A DNA stretch of 63,667 bases from Octopus bimaculoides (lineage: Eukaryota). The DNA is taken from contig NC_068984.1 of assembly GCF_001194135.2 (NCBI RefSeq), positions 85,789,777 through 85,853,443 of the forward strand, in the 5' to 3' direction. Each line of letters begins with the position of its first letter. Positions within the stretch are counted from its first letter, which is position 1. The notes beneath the pieces were generated by a model that saw only the letters and a list, made by a program, of their open reading frames with translations, did not search any database and was not told the DNA's origin. Shown in pieces: positions 53,046-63,667 of the stretch. Both the position numbers and the translations under genes were made by a program.

Positions 53046-53934
53046 TGTGGTCTGATCAATAAGTATCCAGACTGTTGCCATAGTAACAATCCTAAAGCAC
53101 ACAGAGTAAAGCCGTTTGGCACAGATTGACCTTAAACTCTACTGTGCATGTGCACTAAGTTTTAATGTTCTAGCTCACTTCTGCTGTTTACAGCAGTGAT
53201 TGGAAGGAAGGTGTGTAGCGTGTGATCATCGCATTGACCATGACAGAGGAAGTTGAGCAGAAAATCTGCATCAAATTTTGCCAAAAGTTTGGCAATATCT
53301 GCTCAGAGGCCTATACAAAGTTCCCAGAAAGTTTTCATCATTCCCAACACAATCAAGATCTTGTGCAACTGAAACCTGAGTGTGTTTTGGTCAGCTGAAA
53401 GCAGTTTGGGCACAAACTTGGCAGACACGCGTTTCATACCCAAATCTTCAGTGATAATGGACTAAACTGAACTAATCTGCACATCCTCTGATAACTCACA
53501 GATGGTGATTTGATGATTTCCCCTCACAGCTGCACACACGTCTGTGATGTGATGATTTTCTCAGTTCTACTGGTTGCAGGTCTCCCAGACATTCATCAAT
53601 ATTGACATTCTCTTGGCCATCTTAGAAACATCTGAACCACTTGTACACTTGTGTGCGACTCATACATTCCTTTCCATACACTTTCTATAACTTTGCATAA
53701 GCCTCTGAGCAGGTATCGCCATGACAACTTTCTCTATTATGGTCAATGCGACGATCACACACTACATACGTTCCTTCCAAGCACTGCTGTAAACAGCTGA
53801 AGTGAGCTAGAACGTTAAAACTTAGTGTGCATGCACAGCAGAGTTCAAGGTCAATCTTTGCCAAGTGGCTTCACTCTGTGTGCTTTAGCTTCGTTACTAT
53901 AGCAACAGTCCAGATACTTATTGATCAGCCATTG
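53046..53934 (-). mobile_element. mariner-derived fold-back element with about 250-bp inverted arms
   Basis: Terminal 36-bp IR 33/36 identical (53052-53087 / 53893-53928), TA flanks. Arms 53046-53322 and 53689-53934. The - strand encodes MSRTQVYKWF...VSVAQDLDCVGNDENFLG in broken frames. Confidence 0.88.
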
Positions 53935-55018
53935 TATAGACACACGCAGATTAAGATGTACATCTTTCAAACATTTTTTTTCTTTTTGCAAAACAAGAAT
54001 CTTGATTAAATGAAAACAGTCTACATTATTATGATCTGGTTAGTTGAGATGATAAATGCAAGCTGTTGTTTCTTGATCAATCCATAAACACAATATGCCA
54101 TATATATATATATAAAATGTTCTAGTAGAGACTGGATCTTAGTATATCAGAAATATCAATTGTTCCATGTTTTAAGTTCAAATTTTAGTTATGCAGGTTA
54201 CAGTATAACAGTCAGTGGATAGTGTATCTGGTTTATAAAGCCTGTTTTTATAATAAAAAAAAAATACAGTGACAATCAAGATGTGTTCTAGCACATTTAG
54301 ATTGTCTGATGTATAGTATGAAAGTTAGGACAGGCTTCTTGGGTTCTAGTGCAAACAATCATGGTTTGTTCAACACAGTTTAGTGTTCTCTTGTATGGGT
54401 CTTAGTATTAACACTCATGGCATGTTAGGCCCATTATGTGTATGGTTGTGCAAGAGTAGTGTTTTAGGTGTAGGGTATAGTGTGCACAGTTATGACATAT
54501 CAGGCCCTGTTTGGTGTCAGGTTGTAAAATGGGGTGAAGTGTGGACAAATATAAGCTTGAATAATGTCTGTTCTATGTATACATCACAATGTCAAAGTAA
54601 CTATGTGAGATATTCTCATTATCATTTAATGAAAGGACAGGAAAAACATTCATGACCTTTGTAGGTCATGAAGACTTCCCGAAAATGAGGTCAGTTGAAT
54701 CTTAGCTTGTGATGGTCAATATGTGTGTGAGTGTGCACGTGCATGATGCAACTGTATGCATACCGTTCTATAATGCCACGCAAATTGCATGAAATGCTGA
54801 AAAGAGATACACAATGACAATGCAAGAAGCCCTTCACTCATCATCATCCACAGCATCCTCGTTTTACTGAGAAGGTTACCATCACCATCATGACCAACAT
54901 CATCTACTTCTTCATAAAAATATTATAGGTCACCTGGCATTCTGAAGCGCTTCAAGCTAATTAACAGCCAACACTAATTAACATCTCACACATACAAACA
55001 TAGGAGAGCAATACAAAC

Positions 55019-55146
55019 CTGTAGCATCTGATCGTGAACGATGGTGAGTCTTTTTGACGGAATTTGGAGATGTGGGTGGACATGGTGTCTGGTGCTGTTG
55101 TTGAGTAGGGCTTGGTAGGGTTGATGGACTCTTCTGGCGTAATGGG
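55019..55146 (-). CDS. PI4KB: PI4KB exon (RSxSDAT region)
   Basis: Long TC tract, cag|C PLRQKSPSTLPSPTQQQHQTPCPPTSPNSVKKTHHRSRSDAT G|gt, 128 bp; matches human KRTHQRSKSDAT. The ORF track shows a different frame. Confidence 0.9.
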
Positions 55147-55384
55147 CTGGAATGAGAGAGGAAGAGAGATTATAAGAGAGAAGCGAGAAGAAGAGACAGA
55201 GAGAAGCAAAGAGTAAGTAAAATTACTGCTCTTGTTCTTGTTATTTAGCTTATCAGTTTCAACTGAGTGGGGCTGTGATCAAAGATATTTCAGGTTTTGC
55301 TACTGCTTCTAATAATAATAATAATAATAATAATAAATGATGATGATGATGATTTTTAATAGACATTAAGCCACAATTTTAGGA

Positions 55385-55715
55385 AAGGGATGTAAAGGGT
55401 AAAGACCCCCTTCAGTCATGAAGGACCATGAGATTGCACCTAGAAAGTTCCCCTCCGAGGCACATGTCCAGGCAATGTTGTTTATGGAAAATCAGCAGTC
55501 ACCCATGCATACCAGCCTCACCTCCCCTCTCCACACCACTGATGTTATCCAAAGGAAAGGCAAAGGCCAATACAGCTTGGTACCAGGGACATCGCAACTC
55601 ATTTCTACAGCTGAGTGAACTGGAGTAAATAAAGTGTCTTGCCCAAGAACACAACACACAGCCCAGCCTGAGAATTGAACTCACTACCTCATGATTGTGA
55701 ACCTGAGCCAAGAAA
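55385..55715 (-). mobile_element. tRNA-derived SINE with CORE/Meta-like central block
   Basis: - strand: ...gagttcaattctcaggctgggctgtgtgttgtgttcttgggcaagacacttt...ccagttcactcagctgtagaaatgagttgcg. Confidence 0.55.
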
Positions 55716-56429
55716 ATTGACTCTAGTATTTATTTTGACTCTAGACAGGATGAAAGGCAAAGTCAATACTGGAAGGGTTTGAAGAACAAGAGGGGCGTAA
55801 CTAACTAGGAACCATCAGGCTCTTTGTATTGCACTATCATATCTGCCATGCACCTCTCTGCACTGGCTTTGTCTTGCACCCTACTATATCTACCATGCAC
55901 TGCTCAGCATAGGCTTTGTCCTGCACTTTACTGTATCTGCCTTCCGCTGCTCTACATTGGTTTTATAATAACAATGACCTGTATAGTAGAGCTAGGACAT
56001 AGTTTACTTATTGATTTTAGAGTCTAAAAAGCAAAAACTCAATGCCTGCAGGATTTGAATTCAGAAATTGAAGTAAAGATTCAAAATGATATATTGTAAG
56101 ACATTTAGTCTGGTGTCCTGCCAACACATAATACTATTACAATTATTCATCATGATTCAACTGCAGCAGTAAACAGCCCCATCCCAAGTCCAGCTCTTGT
56201 GTGGTGGCTTGTGTACTGTAATGACCCTGAAAGTTATGGCAGCAGGGTGCAAGCTACTGTTAGGGCCTCTCTTGCTGAACATGTCAAAGGATAAAGGCCT
56301 AACTAACATGGAGCACCTCTCTCTAGAGGTAAAAGTAGGTTTACATAGGACCACCATTGCTACCTCAAAAAAAAAAAATAAAGTTGCAGAAGCATCAATA
56401 ACAATTCAAAACCAACACGACAAGAGAGA

Positions 56430-56645
56430 GGAAGACCTTTCCTTGAGAAAATATATGACACATCAGGTCCTGAAATGGAATCCAAAAAGGAGGCAGAAGA
56501 AAGGGTGCTCTAAAAATAGCTGGAGTTGGGATACTGAGGCAGTACTGAAAAAGCAAGAATCCAACTGGAGAGAAGCAGAAAAGACAACCCAGAATTGAGA
56601 ACAGTGGAGGAAAGTTATCAATAGCCGATGCATCAGAGAGTGTGG
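56430..56645 (+). mobile_element. RTE-clade LINE 3' fragment
   Basis: THQVLKWNPKRRQKKGCSKNSWSWDTEAVLKK...WREAEKTTQN*EQWR resembles the RTE ORF end (TRQALxWNPxGKRKRGRPxxTWRR). Confidence 0.65.
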
Positions 56646-57054
56646 AAGAGCTTATGTGAGTAAGTTGATGGCCACAATCCTCCATCACTTATTACAGCTT
56701 TCATAATTGTGGTCCATGATAAGGTGGTAAGCCTTGGGTAATGGTAAGAATTGAATCCCGAGGCAAAATCTGAATTCAGAGTGAATATCATGAGCATTTC
56801 ATCTAACAATTTTACCAATGTATTACCCTGGATTGATTGGTAATTTAAAAGTTTTCAAAGTTGAACATAGATGGCAGAGAGTTACTGTGACTACTACAAA
56901 CAATAACAATACAAACCAAAGAGGGAACTTCATGAGCTGATCAGAGATCCTAACAAGCTGACAAGATGGCCTGTACATGGATGCTCAACTTGTTGGAAGT
57001 ATAAGGGAAACTCATTAGCCATCAAAGAAGCTATGTGACCCAACAAAAAAGCCT

Positions 57055-57290
57055 GCCAGAAATAGTAGAAACGTTAGCACTCCGGGCGAAATGCTTTGCA
57101 GTATTTTGTCTGCCGCTACGTCCTAAGTTCAAATTCTGCCGAGGTCGACTTACCCTTTCATCCTTTCGGGGTCGATTAAATAAGTACCAGTTACGCACTG
57201 GGGTCGTTGTAATCGACTTAATCCCTTTGTCTGTCCTTGTTTGTCCCCTCTATGTTTAGCCCCTTGTGGGCAATAAAGAAATAAGAAATA
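57055..57290 (+). mobile_element. tRNA-derived SINE (family C), near full length
   Basis: tRNA-like head with gttcaaattc B box, CpG-retaining body and aataaagaaataagaaatag tail. Confidence 0.8.
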
Positions 57291-58213
57291 GTAGCCACAT
57301 CTCCCACAAAAGGTAAGGATATATATAATGTAGTACTAGATACATTGTCTGAACAAGGAGAAAGGATAGCATGAGTAGAATGACTTTGATTATAGATTGT
57401 GGGATAAGGGCTTGTCTAGGGCTAAGCAATAAAACTAATGATTACTTGTTTTGTCAACATACAAAGTCCATTTCCAAAGAAAGTAGAGAGTGTCATCAAC
57501 TGAAACAAATTCCAAAATAATACTGGTAAATAGTCTATCATTCTCATAAATCTGTAAATGTTTCACTATATAACTCCTCACTGCTATATTACCATCATAC
57601 TGATAGCCCATTTCAGTTCAAAGAATCCAAATTGCCAGAGACTAAAGATTCACAATGTTTGTCAACAAAACCAAACGTCAGACGTTGATGGTGACTTTAC
57701 TGTAGCTTGAAGGACTCTGCTTCTTTTTGGATAGATGTTATGTGAGATATTCATGTGATGGAAGGAGCAAAAACAATCTTTATAGCAAAGCCCATAATAG
57801 ATAAACTATAAACGTTGCTTATAATGAAACCCTTTACTGAGAATTATTTGTCTGCTTTGCCTAAAATAACAGTTTTTGAAATGAGCATCTCTGTTACAAA
57901 CAATATGAAGAGTGTATTTCAAGTAATACATATATGCTGAATTACCACAATCCTTTTTCAAGCAGCTTGTCACCAACTGGGACATATAAAACAAAAAAGT
58001 AATTATTTAGTTAATCCTTGCTTTCACACACACACTCTCACACAACAATATATTAAACAACAACTGAATAAATAAACAGAACGGACAAGCTGACTCAAGG
58101 GATATACTGTATGACATACATGAAATATAATCAAAGCCTGCTCAAAGTAGAGTTTGAATTCATAGACATATAAGATGGCAAATTTGGGGTAACAAGGAGG
58201 TAGACCTACTTAC

Positions 58214-58348
58214 CGTAGTTCTTCATTAAGTATCATGTTCTTTAATTTGACACCTTGGGAATTTTTCCATGTAGGTTTGAGGACATCAGCAGAATAGGCT
58301 CCTAATAACCAGGCAGCACGGATGGAAAACTCCACACTGGATCGACAT
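58214..58348 (-). CDS. PI4KB: PI4KB exon (helical domain); most 5' exon found in the window
   Basis: tttgtag|A CRSSVEFSIRAAWLLGAYSADVLKPTWKNSQGVKLKNMILNEEL CG|gtaag, 135 bp; matches human CRQSINFSLQCALLLGAYS...GTKLRKLILSDEL. The twelve exons sum to 1930 bp (1 + 643 codons), consistent with one frame. Confidence 0.93.
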
Positions 58349-58939
58349 CTACAAAAGAATAACAAGACAAAATATGGTGAAAGAGTTGAATATCAGTTAT
58401 TTGGAGGATATAGAAATATGTGTGAGATATTGAGGACTAAATTAAATGGCCTAGTGGCATGACAACAGAATCTGGTCAATATAATACAGGCACACTTTGA
58501 GTGGTACATTAATTAGCCTAGAAGAACATGGCCAGACCTCAAGTAGTAAACTAGTTGAATATTAGATAATTGCTGTGTAATCCTCATACAATTTCCATAT
58601 TTGAATTTCAGGGAAAAACATCTTGGAAAGCAAGACTACTACACCAAAGACAGCTTTTACATTAACCATTGTGTTTCTGTGTTCCTAAATGATACTCCCA
58701 GCAGCGTATCAAGCAAAATATTGAGTAGTGTCCTGTCACAATTCACAGCAGTAGGGAATATCTGTGACCTATACCAGAGATTATAACCAATTAAGAAGTC
58801 TCTGCAGAGTTGACCAACTAGAAACAGCAGTTAAGTCTCCTTCAAAGCATACCTTACCATTAAAAAAAAAAAAAGGAACAGATAAATATTTACTACATCT
58901 GGAAGGAAAAAAAAAGGGAAATAGTATTCTTTCATTCTT

Positions 58940-59285
58940 TTACTTGTTTCAGTCATTAGACTGCAGCCATGCTGGGGTAGACTTGAAGAATTTTAGTCAA
59001 ACAAATCGGCCCCAGTACTTATTTTTAAAGTCTGGTACTTAATCTCTATGACTGAACTACTAAGTTATGGAGACACAAACATACCAACAACCAGTTGTCA
59101 AGTGGTGGTGGGGGACAAACACACACACACATACACATATGATAGGCTTCTTTCAGTTTCCACCTACCAAATCCACTCACAAGGCTTTAGTTGGCCGGAG
59201 GTTACAGAAGAAGACACTTGCCCCAGGTGCCACACTTCAGACCATGTGATTGGGAAGCAAACTTCTTACCACACAGCCATGGAAA
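58940..59285 (-). mobile_element. tRNA-derived SINE (family A)
   Basis: Reverse complement of 32683-33080, including the tail and head. Confidence 0.8.
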
Positions 59286-60149
59286 CTTTGAATACTCCTA
59301 AAATGATGAGATGATCACAACTGGAACATCTGTGATAGGTCTGCACACTTAGGACTAACATCATCATCCTCCTCAATATTTAATGCCCCGAGATGAAACA
59401 AAAAAACAACAAAAAAAACAGTTAGTTATGCGCTTGTAACTATTATTTAGCTTATTTAGCTCCAGGTTGGCCCTGATCAAGCAGATCTATGATCACAGGC
59501 ATTTCAGCAGTCATCTTGTTTTCTTAGAAGTACTTAGAACAACATTATCTGCATGAGCAATCTTTACTTAAGATGACTGGGTCTAATTTGAGGGAGATAT
59601 GGTTGCTATTATTACTACATCAAGTGACCACATAGCTTAAGTGATACACTTTATGTCATACTAGGTCAGCTACCTTCTTCCTATCGAAGCAGACTACCAT
59701 CAATAATAATCCAATAGCATAAATATTCCATGAAGTTACACCCACAGATTGACACACAAACCCTTGCACATCTTAATATAGAGCACAGCTTACAATCAAT
59801 AAAAGCATTACTATTTTAACTTACGACAGAGTTGAACAGTTCACATTACACAAGTATGGTCATAACAACACATTGCTGTCACCTTCACCACCTTACATCC
59901 ATCTGAAACAATTTACTATACAGGTATACAAGCACTCTTACTCTTTACCTGTGTTGTGTGAGAGAGAGAGGGGGTGAGAGAGGGAGACAGTGCACATATG
60001 TCTGTGAGGGGAAGTAAATGTACATATCGATGTCACATTTTGTAATCATACAGTAAGTTACTACCAGTACACTCCAATCGCTATCCCACTACTAAGCTGG
60101 GCCTCCTTTCTTTTCAACAGTTACTACATCAGCCTTTGTTCCTCTAACT

Positions 60150-61807
60150 CAGTGGTTCCCAACCTGTGGTACACGAGCACTTTCAGGGTAATATATAATT
60201 TTTAGTTTGTCCTGTTTCCAATATTCGGCCAGCATGTGATTAATGCTTTCCAAATCGATCAACCAGTAATCAGTACTTTTCGATTACAGGCACACCATTG
60301 ATTAACCTTTTATTCGCTCTCTGTACAGTGATCAGCACCATCCAACCAATGCATGTAACCCTGAGTATGGTATGATGCTATGAGTGACCTTGAGGGGCAC
60401 ACGCGTATAAAATGCACCGTGTGCTCATTAATAAATGACAGTTGTTTGTTTGGTTTCTGGTGCATGTCTTTGTTCTCTCTGGGCTGGGTAGAGGTTGACT
60501 GGGGGCTAGCGAGGCAGGCATGCCATTACAAGTTAATATTTTCTTCACAAAAATGTTTACTGCCTTACACAAGGTAATCTGGCAACGATTTGCTACTTTC
60601 ATACCCATAATTTTCTTATTATTGTGTGTATTATTATTATTAGTATTAATATTATTTTGTATTTTTTAAATTTTTATATTTCTTTATTTCTTGATTAATT
60701 TTTTTTTACTTTTCTACAGGATTTGATAACATGCTGAAGTAAAACTACGACCCTGCATACACAAAGTATGGCTTCATTGCAATCGAGCAGGGAGGAGAAG
60801 CTCTTCCACAGTGTGTGGTCTGTATGAAGTCCCATTCCAATGTGGCCATGAAACCCAGCCTGCTCAAACGTCATCTTGAGATGAATCACAAGGACAAGAA
60901 GGACTGAGTTACTTCCAGTGATTTGGTGAGAACATAAAGTGGCAGCACATAGACAAGACTGGCCAGATCTACTGGAAGAGGGCAGGAATTGTGAGAGCAT
61001 CCTTTGAAGTTGCTCTCTTGATGGCCAAAAACATGAAGTCCCATACCATTGCAGAGTCTCTTGTCATTCCAGTGGCAAAGATATTGGTCAGGCACATAAT
61101 TGGAGAGGAGGCGGTGGTAAAGTTGGAGAGGGTTTCCATCTCTAACAACACTATACAGCACCATATTGAGATGTCGGTCAATATTGCCAACCAAGTGATT
61201 GAGGGAGTGAGAGCTCAAAGTATGGGTTTGCTATTCAACTTGAATCGATGGACGTCACCAACTGTTGTCAACTACTTACCTACGTCCGCTTCACATAGAA
61301 TAATGCTGTGAAGACTGAGCTACTGCTGAGCCAGGAGCTGTTCAGCACAACAAAAGGAAAGGATATTTTCAACATTTCGGACAATTTCTTCCAGCAGAAT
61401 GAACTGGACTGGGAAAAGTTGGTCGGATGCATGACAGATGGGGCTCCATTTATCTTCGGTTGAAAGACAGGTTTTCAAGCCCATGTGAAAGCTGTGTCAC
61501 CAAATGCCACAGCTGTCCATTGTGTCATACACAGATTTCCCTTTTGTGCTCAGGTGCACCCTCCGAAGTTTTTATCATGCTTGAACCGAGTTATCAGAAT
61601 CGTGAATTTCATCAAAACTTCAGCTCTGAATACTCGGCTGTTCAAGCTGCCCTGTGAAGATTTCGGCTCTGATGACATCTGTCTCCTCTACCACACAAAG
61701 ATTCGCTGGCTCTCCTAAGGTTAATGCAACGAGGCGTTTCTTTGAACTGAGGGATGAACTTCTAGTTTTCTTCATGGTACGCGATCACAAAAAGGTGGGA
61801 ACCACTG
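60150..61807 (+). mobile_element. Internally deleted hAT (Charlie/Buster, ZBED5-like) transposon
   Basis: TIRs cagtggttcccaacct / aggtgggaaccactg; TSD ctctaact / ctctaaat. Transposase remnants: BED finger YDPAYTKYGF...PQCVVC...MKPSLLKRHLEMNH; VALLMAKNMKSHTIAESLVIP; CMTDGAP; HCVIHR; LLYHTKIRWLS. Confidence 0.92.
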
Positions 61808-62045
61808 CTCTAAATGATTAACATAATTACACTCACTCTAAAAGCTCAAAGCCAAAACCCATTCCTTTCCTGACTTAGCTAAATCCCATTTATAATACTT
61901 TTCCCCACTAATCAAAAAACTAAGAGTATTCTGACAGACTCTGTTATCTCAATGTTACAGCCTGAGAGAGAGAGAGAGAGGGAGAGGGAGAGAAAGAGGG
62001 AGAGGGAGAGAAAGAGGGAGAGGGAGAGAGAGAGANNNNNNNNNN

Positions 62046-62079
<34 letters not shown>

Positions 62080-62341
62080 AAATGGTTGCACCTACTAACC
62101 TTCAGCACCAGGCTAATGATAAAATATCACAGAGTTTTTCAAATAGCAACTTAGGAGAAATGTTCTCTTCTTCCACGTTTTAAGTTCAAATATTAGCAGA
62201 AGCAACCAGTAAAAACTGTAATTCAGACCCTAAGACCCTATCCACTGAATATCTGAGATAATGTTTATATATTTTTATGTTTTAATGCAACAAGTATTCA
62301 TAACTCCAATTATAAATACTTATGTAGATTTGATAGCTAAT

Positions 62342-62560
62342 GTGAGGGGGTGCTGAAAAGTTCCTGGCTTTGGGTAAAACAAAATACAAGAGGATCAGTT
62401 AATGATGATTTTATTCAACATATTCCCTTCTCAGATTCATACACTTATTGCAGTGGTCCGTCATTTTTTCTAAACCCTGTAAAAGAACTCAGAAGGTTGG
62501 GCATCCAACCAGGCCTTTTGTGATATTCTTAAAGCCAGGAACTTTTCAGCACCCCTTTGT
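62342..62560. mobile_element. mariner-type MITE
   Basis: Perfect 25-bp inverted repeat ggggtgctgaaaagttcctggcttt (62347-62371 / 62531-62555) around a short non-coding interior. Confidence 0.85.
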
Positions 62561-63667
62561 GATTAGTTTATGACTAATATGAACTCAAACATTGTGGGAG
62601 ACAACTCCATATACGTTTTGGTTTTATTAGACAATCTCATTGAAGCACAGACTTTAACTACCTTGCCAACAAAAAATTTCCCCACTTAGTTTTGCTTTAT
62701 CATTTCTATGATAGACAGTCATAGTCCACACTTGAACACTACATGTTGACCAATAAAAGTGATTATCTAGACCACTGGGTTACTGATCGGCATCTTTTAA
62801 ACTAGGTCAATTAGTATTATTATTAATTTTGCTTATTTCACTATATGAACATCATAACTGAAGTGATCTTTAACCCATATTATATGATAAAAATGCAACC
62901 AAGTATCACAATGTTGTCACGCCATCTCTTGAGAAGAAAGTTCAATATTGGTTACATTTTTTAACCTCTGTGAGGTTCTATTTCCCAACACCTTAGTTCT
63001 CTAGGCTGTCCACCCACACATTCACCATCATTAATAGCAATGATAGCAGTTAAAAATGAGAGTATATGTTTCACATGAAACATAAAGAGAACATTTAATT
63101 TTCAAGTGTTTAAGTAGCACTCAGTAAATAATTTCAAGCCTCACCAGCTGCTGGAAGCAGTGGGCAATAGCTTCTTGTGTTTAATATAGTAATGGTTTGG
63201 AGAGTACACTTACTAGTAGTGGTACTGAGTGAGGGTAACAACAACTATACTAACTATAAACCTTCGTTGGTTCAACAGGCTAAAGTCTTTCATTGTCTTT
63301 AGCTGTTGACAGCAGTTTCATTGTAACTGCATATACCTATTCTCACAGGGAACTCTTTGGACTGCTGTTAGCCCTTTCTAATGTAAGACACTAACAGTAT
63401 GTATAGAGTTATTACCATACTAATAATAGTCACACTCACTCCCCACTGCATTCAATATTTAAAATTTCAGGGTTGTCTCCCTCCTTACTTTTTTCAAACT
63501 AGACTTTATCATTTAGAAACTAATTGTTCTCATTACTATGGTTATAATATTAATTGAAATTTATTGGTTTACTACATCATGTTAGTGTCCATTTTAGTTT
63601 CCATGCAACAAGTATCTCAGGATAGTGTTTTCCAGTCATACATTTAATTCATAATGTTAGTGTTCAT

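Noticed and set aside
58350-63667. Search for upstream PI4KB exons (SWLLRLFES...VDFYLPQL region)
   Set aside because: No matching frame found by eye; these exons presumably lie beyond the window end.

Overview
AT-rich, microsatellite-laden eukaryotic genomic DNA with seven N gaps. The SINE, LINE and DNA-transposon landscape suggests an octopod cephalopod, which is an inference. There are two protein-coding genes in convergent orientation. The first is an intronless + strand ORF (3424-5388) encoding an UNC5C-like protein (short N-terminus, TM helix, ZU5, UPA, death domain, no ectodomain). The second is phosphatidylinositol 4-kinase beta (PI4KB) on the - strand. I reconstructed 12 of its coding exons (58348 down to the stop at 20355) with consistent GT-AG junctions and phases; its 5' exons lie beyond the window. 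The rest is repeats: tRNA-derived SINEs, RTE and R4/Dong-type LINE remnants, mariner/Tc1 and hAT elements, a 26-bp minisatellite and many microsatellites. The most interesting signal is a family of short (TA)n-anchored elements that carry minimal type I hammerhead ribozyme folds. One lies at 8880-8942 (+). The other lies at 27052-27122 (-), inside a PI4KB intron in sense orientation. Their flanks are homologous and their stems differ in sequence while keeping base-pairing. Degenerate hammerhead cores also occur at about 40.4-41.5 kb, some within a tRNA-headed SINE-like unit, and there is a probable Penelope-like ORF fragment at 2.3-2.5 kb.
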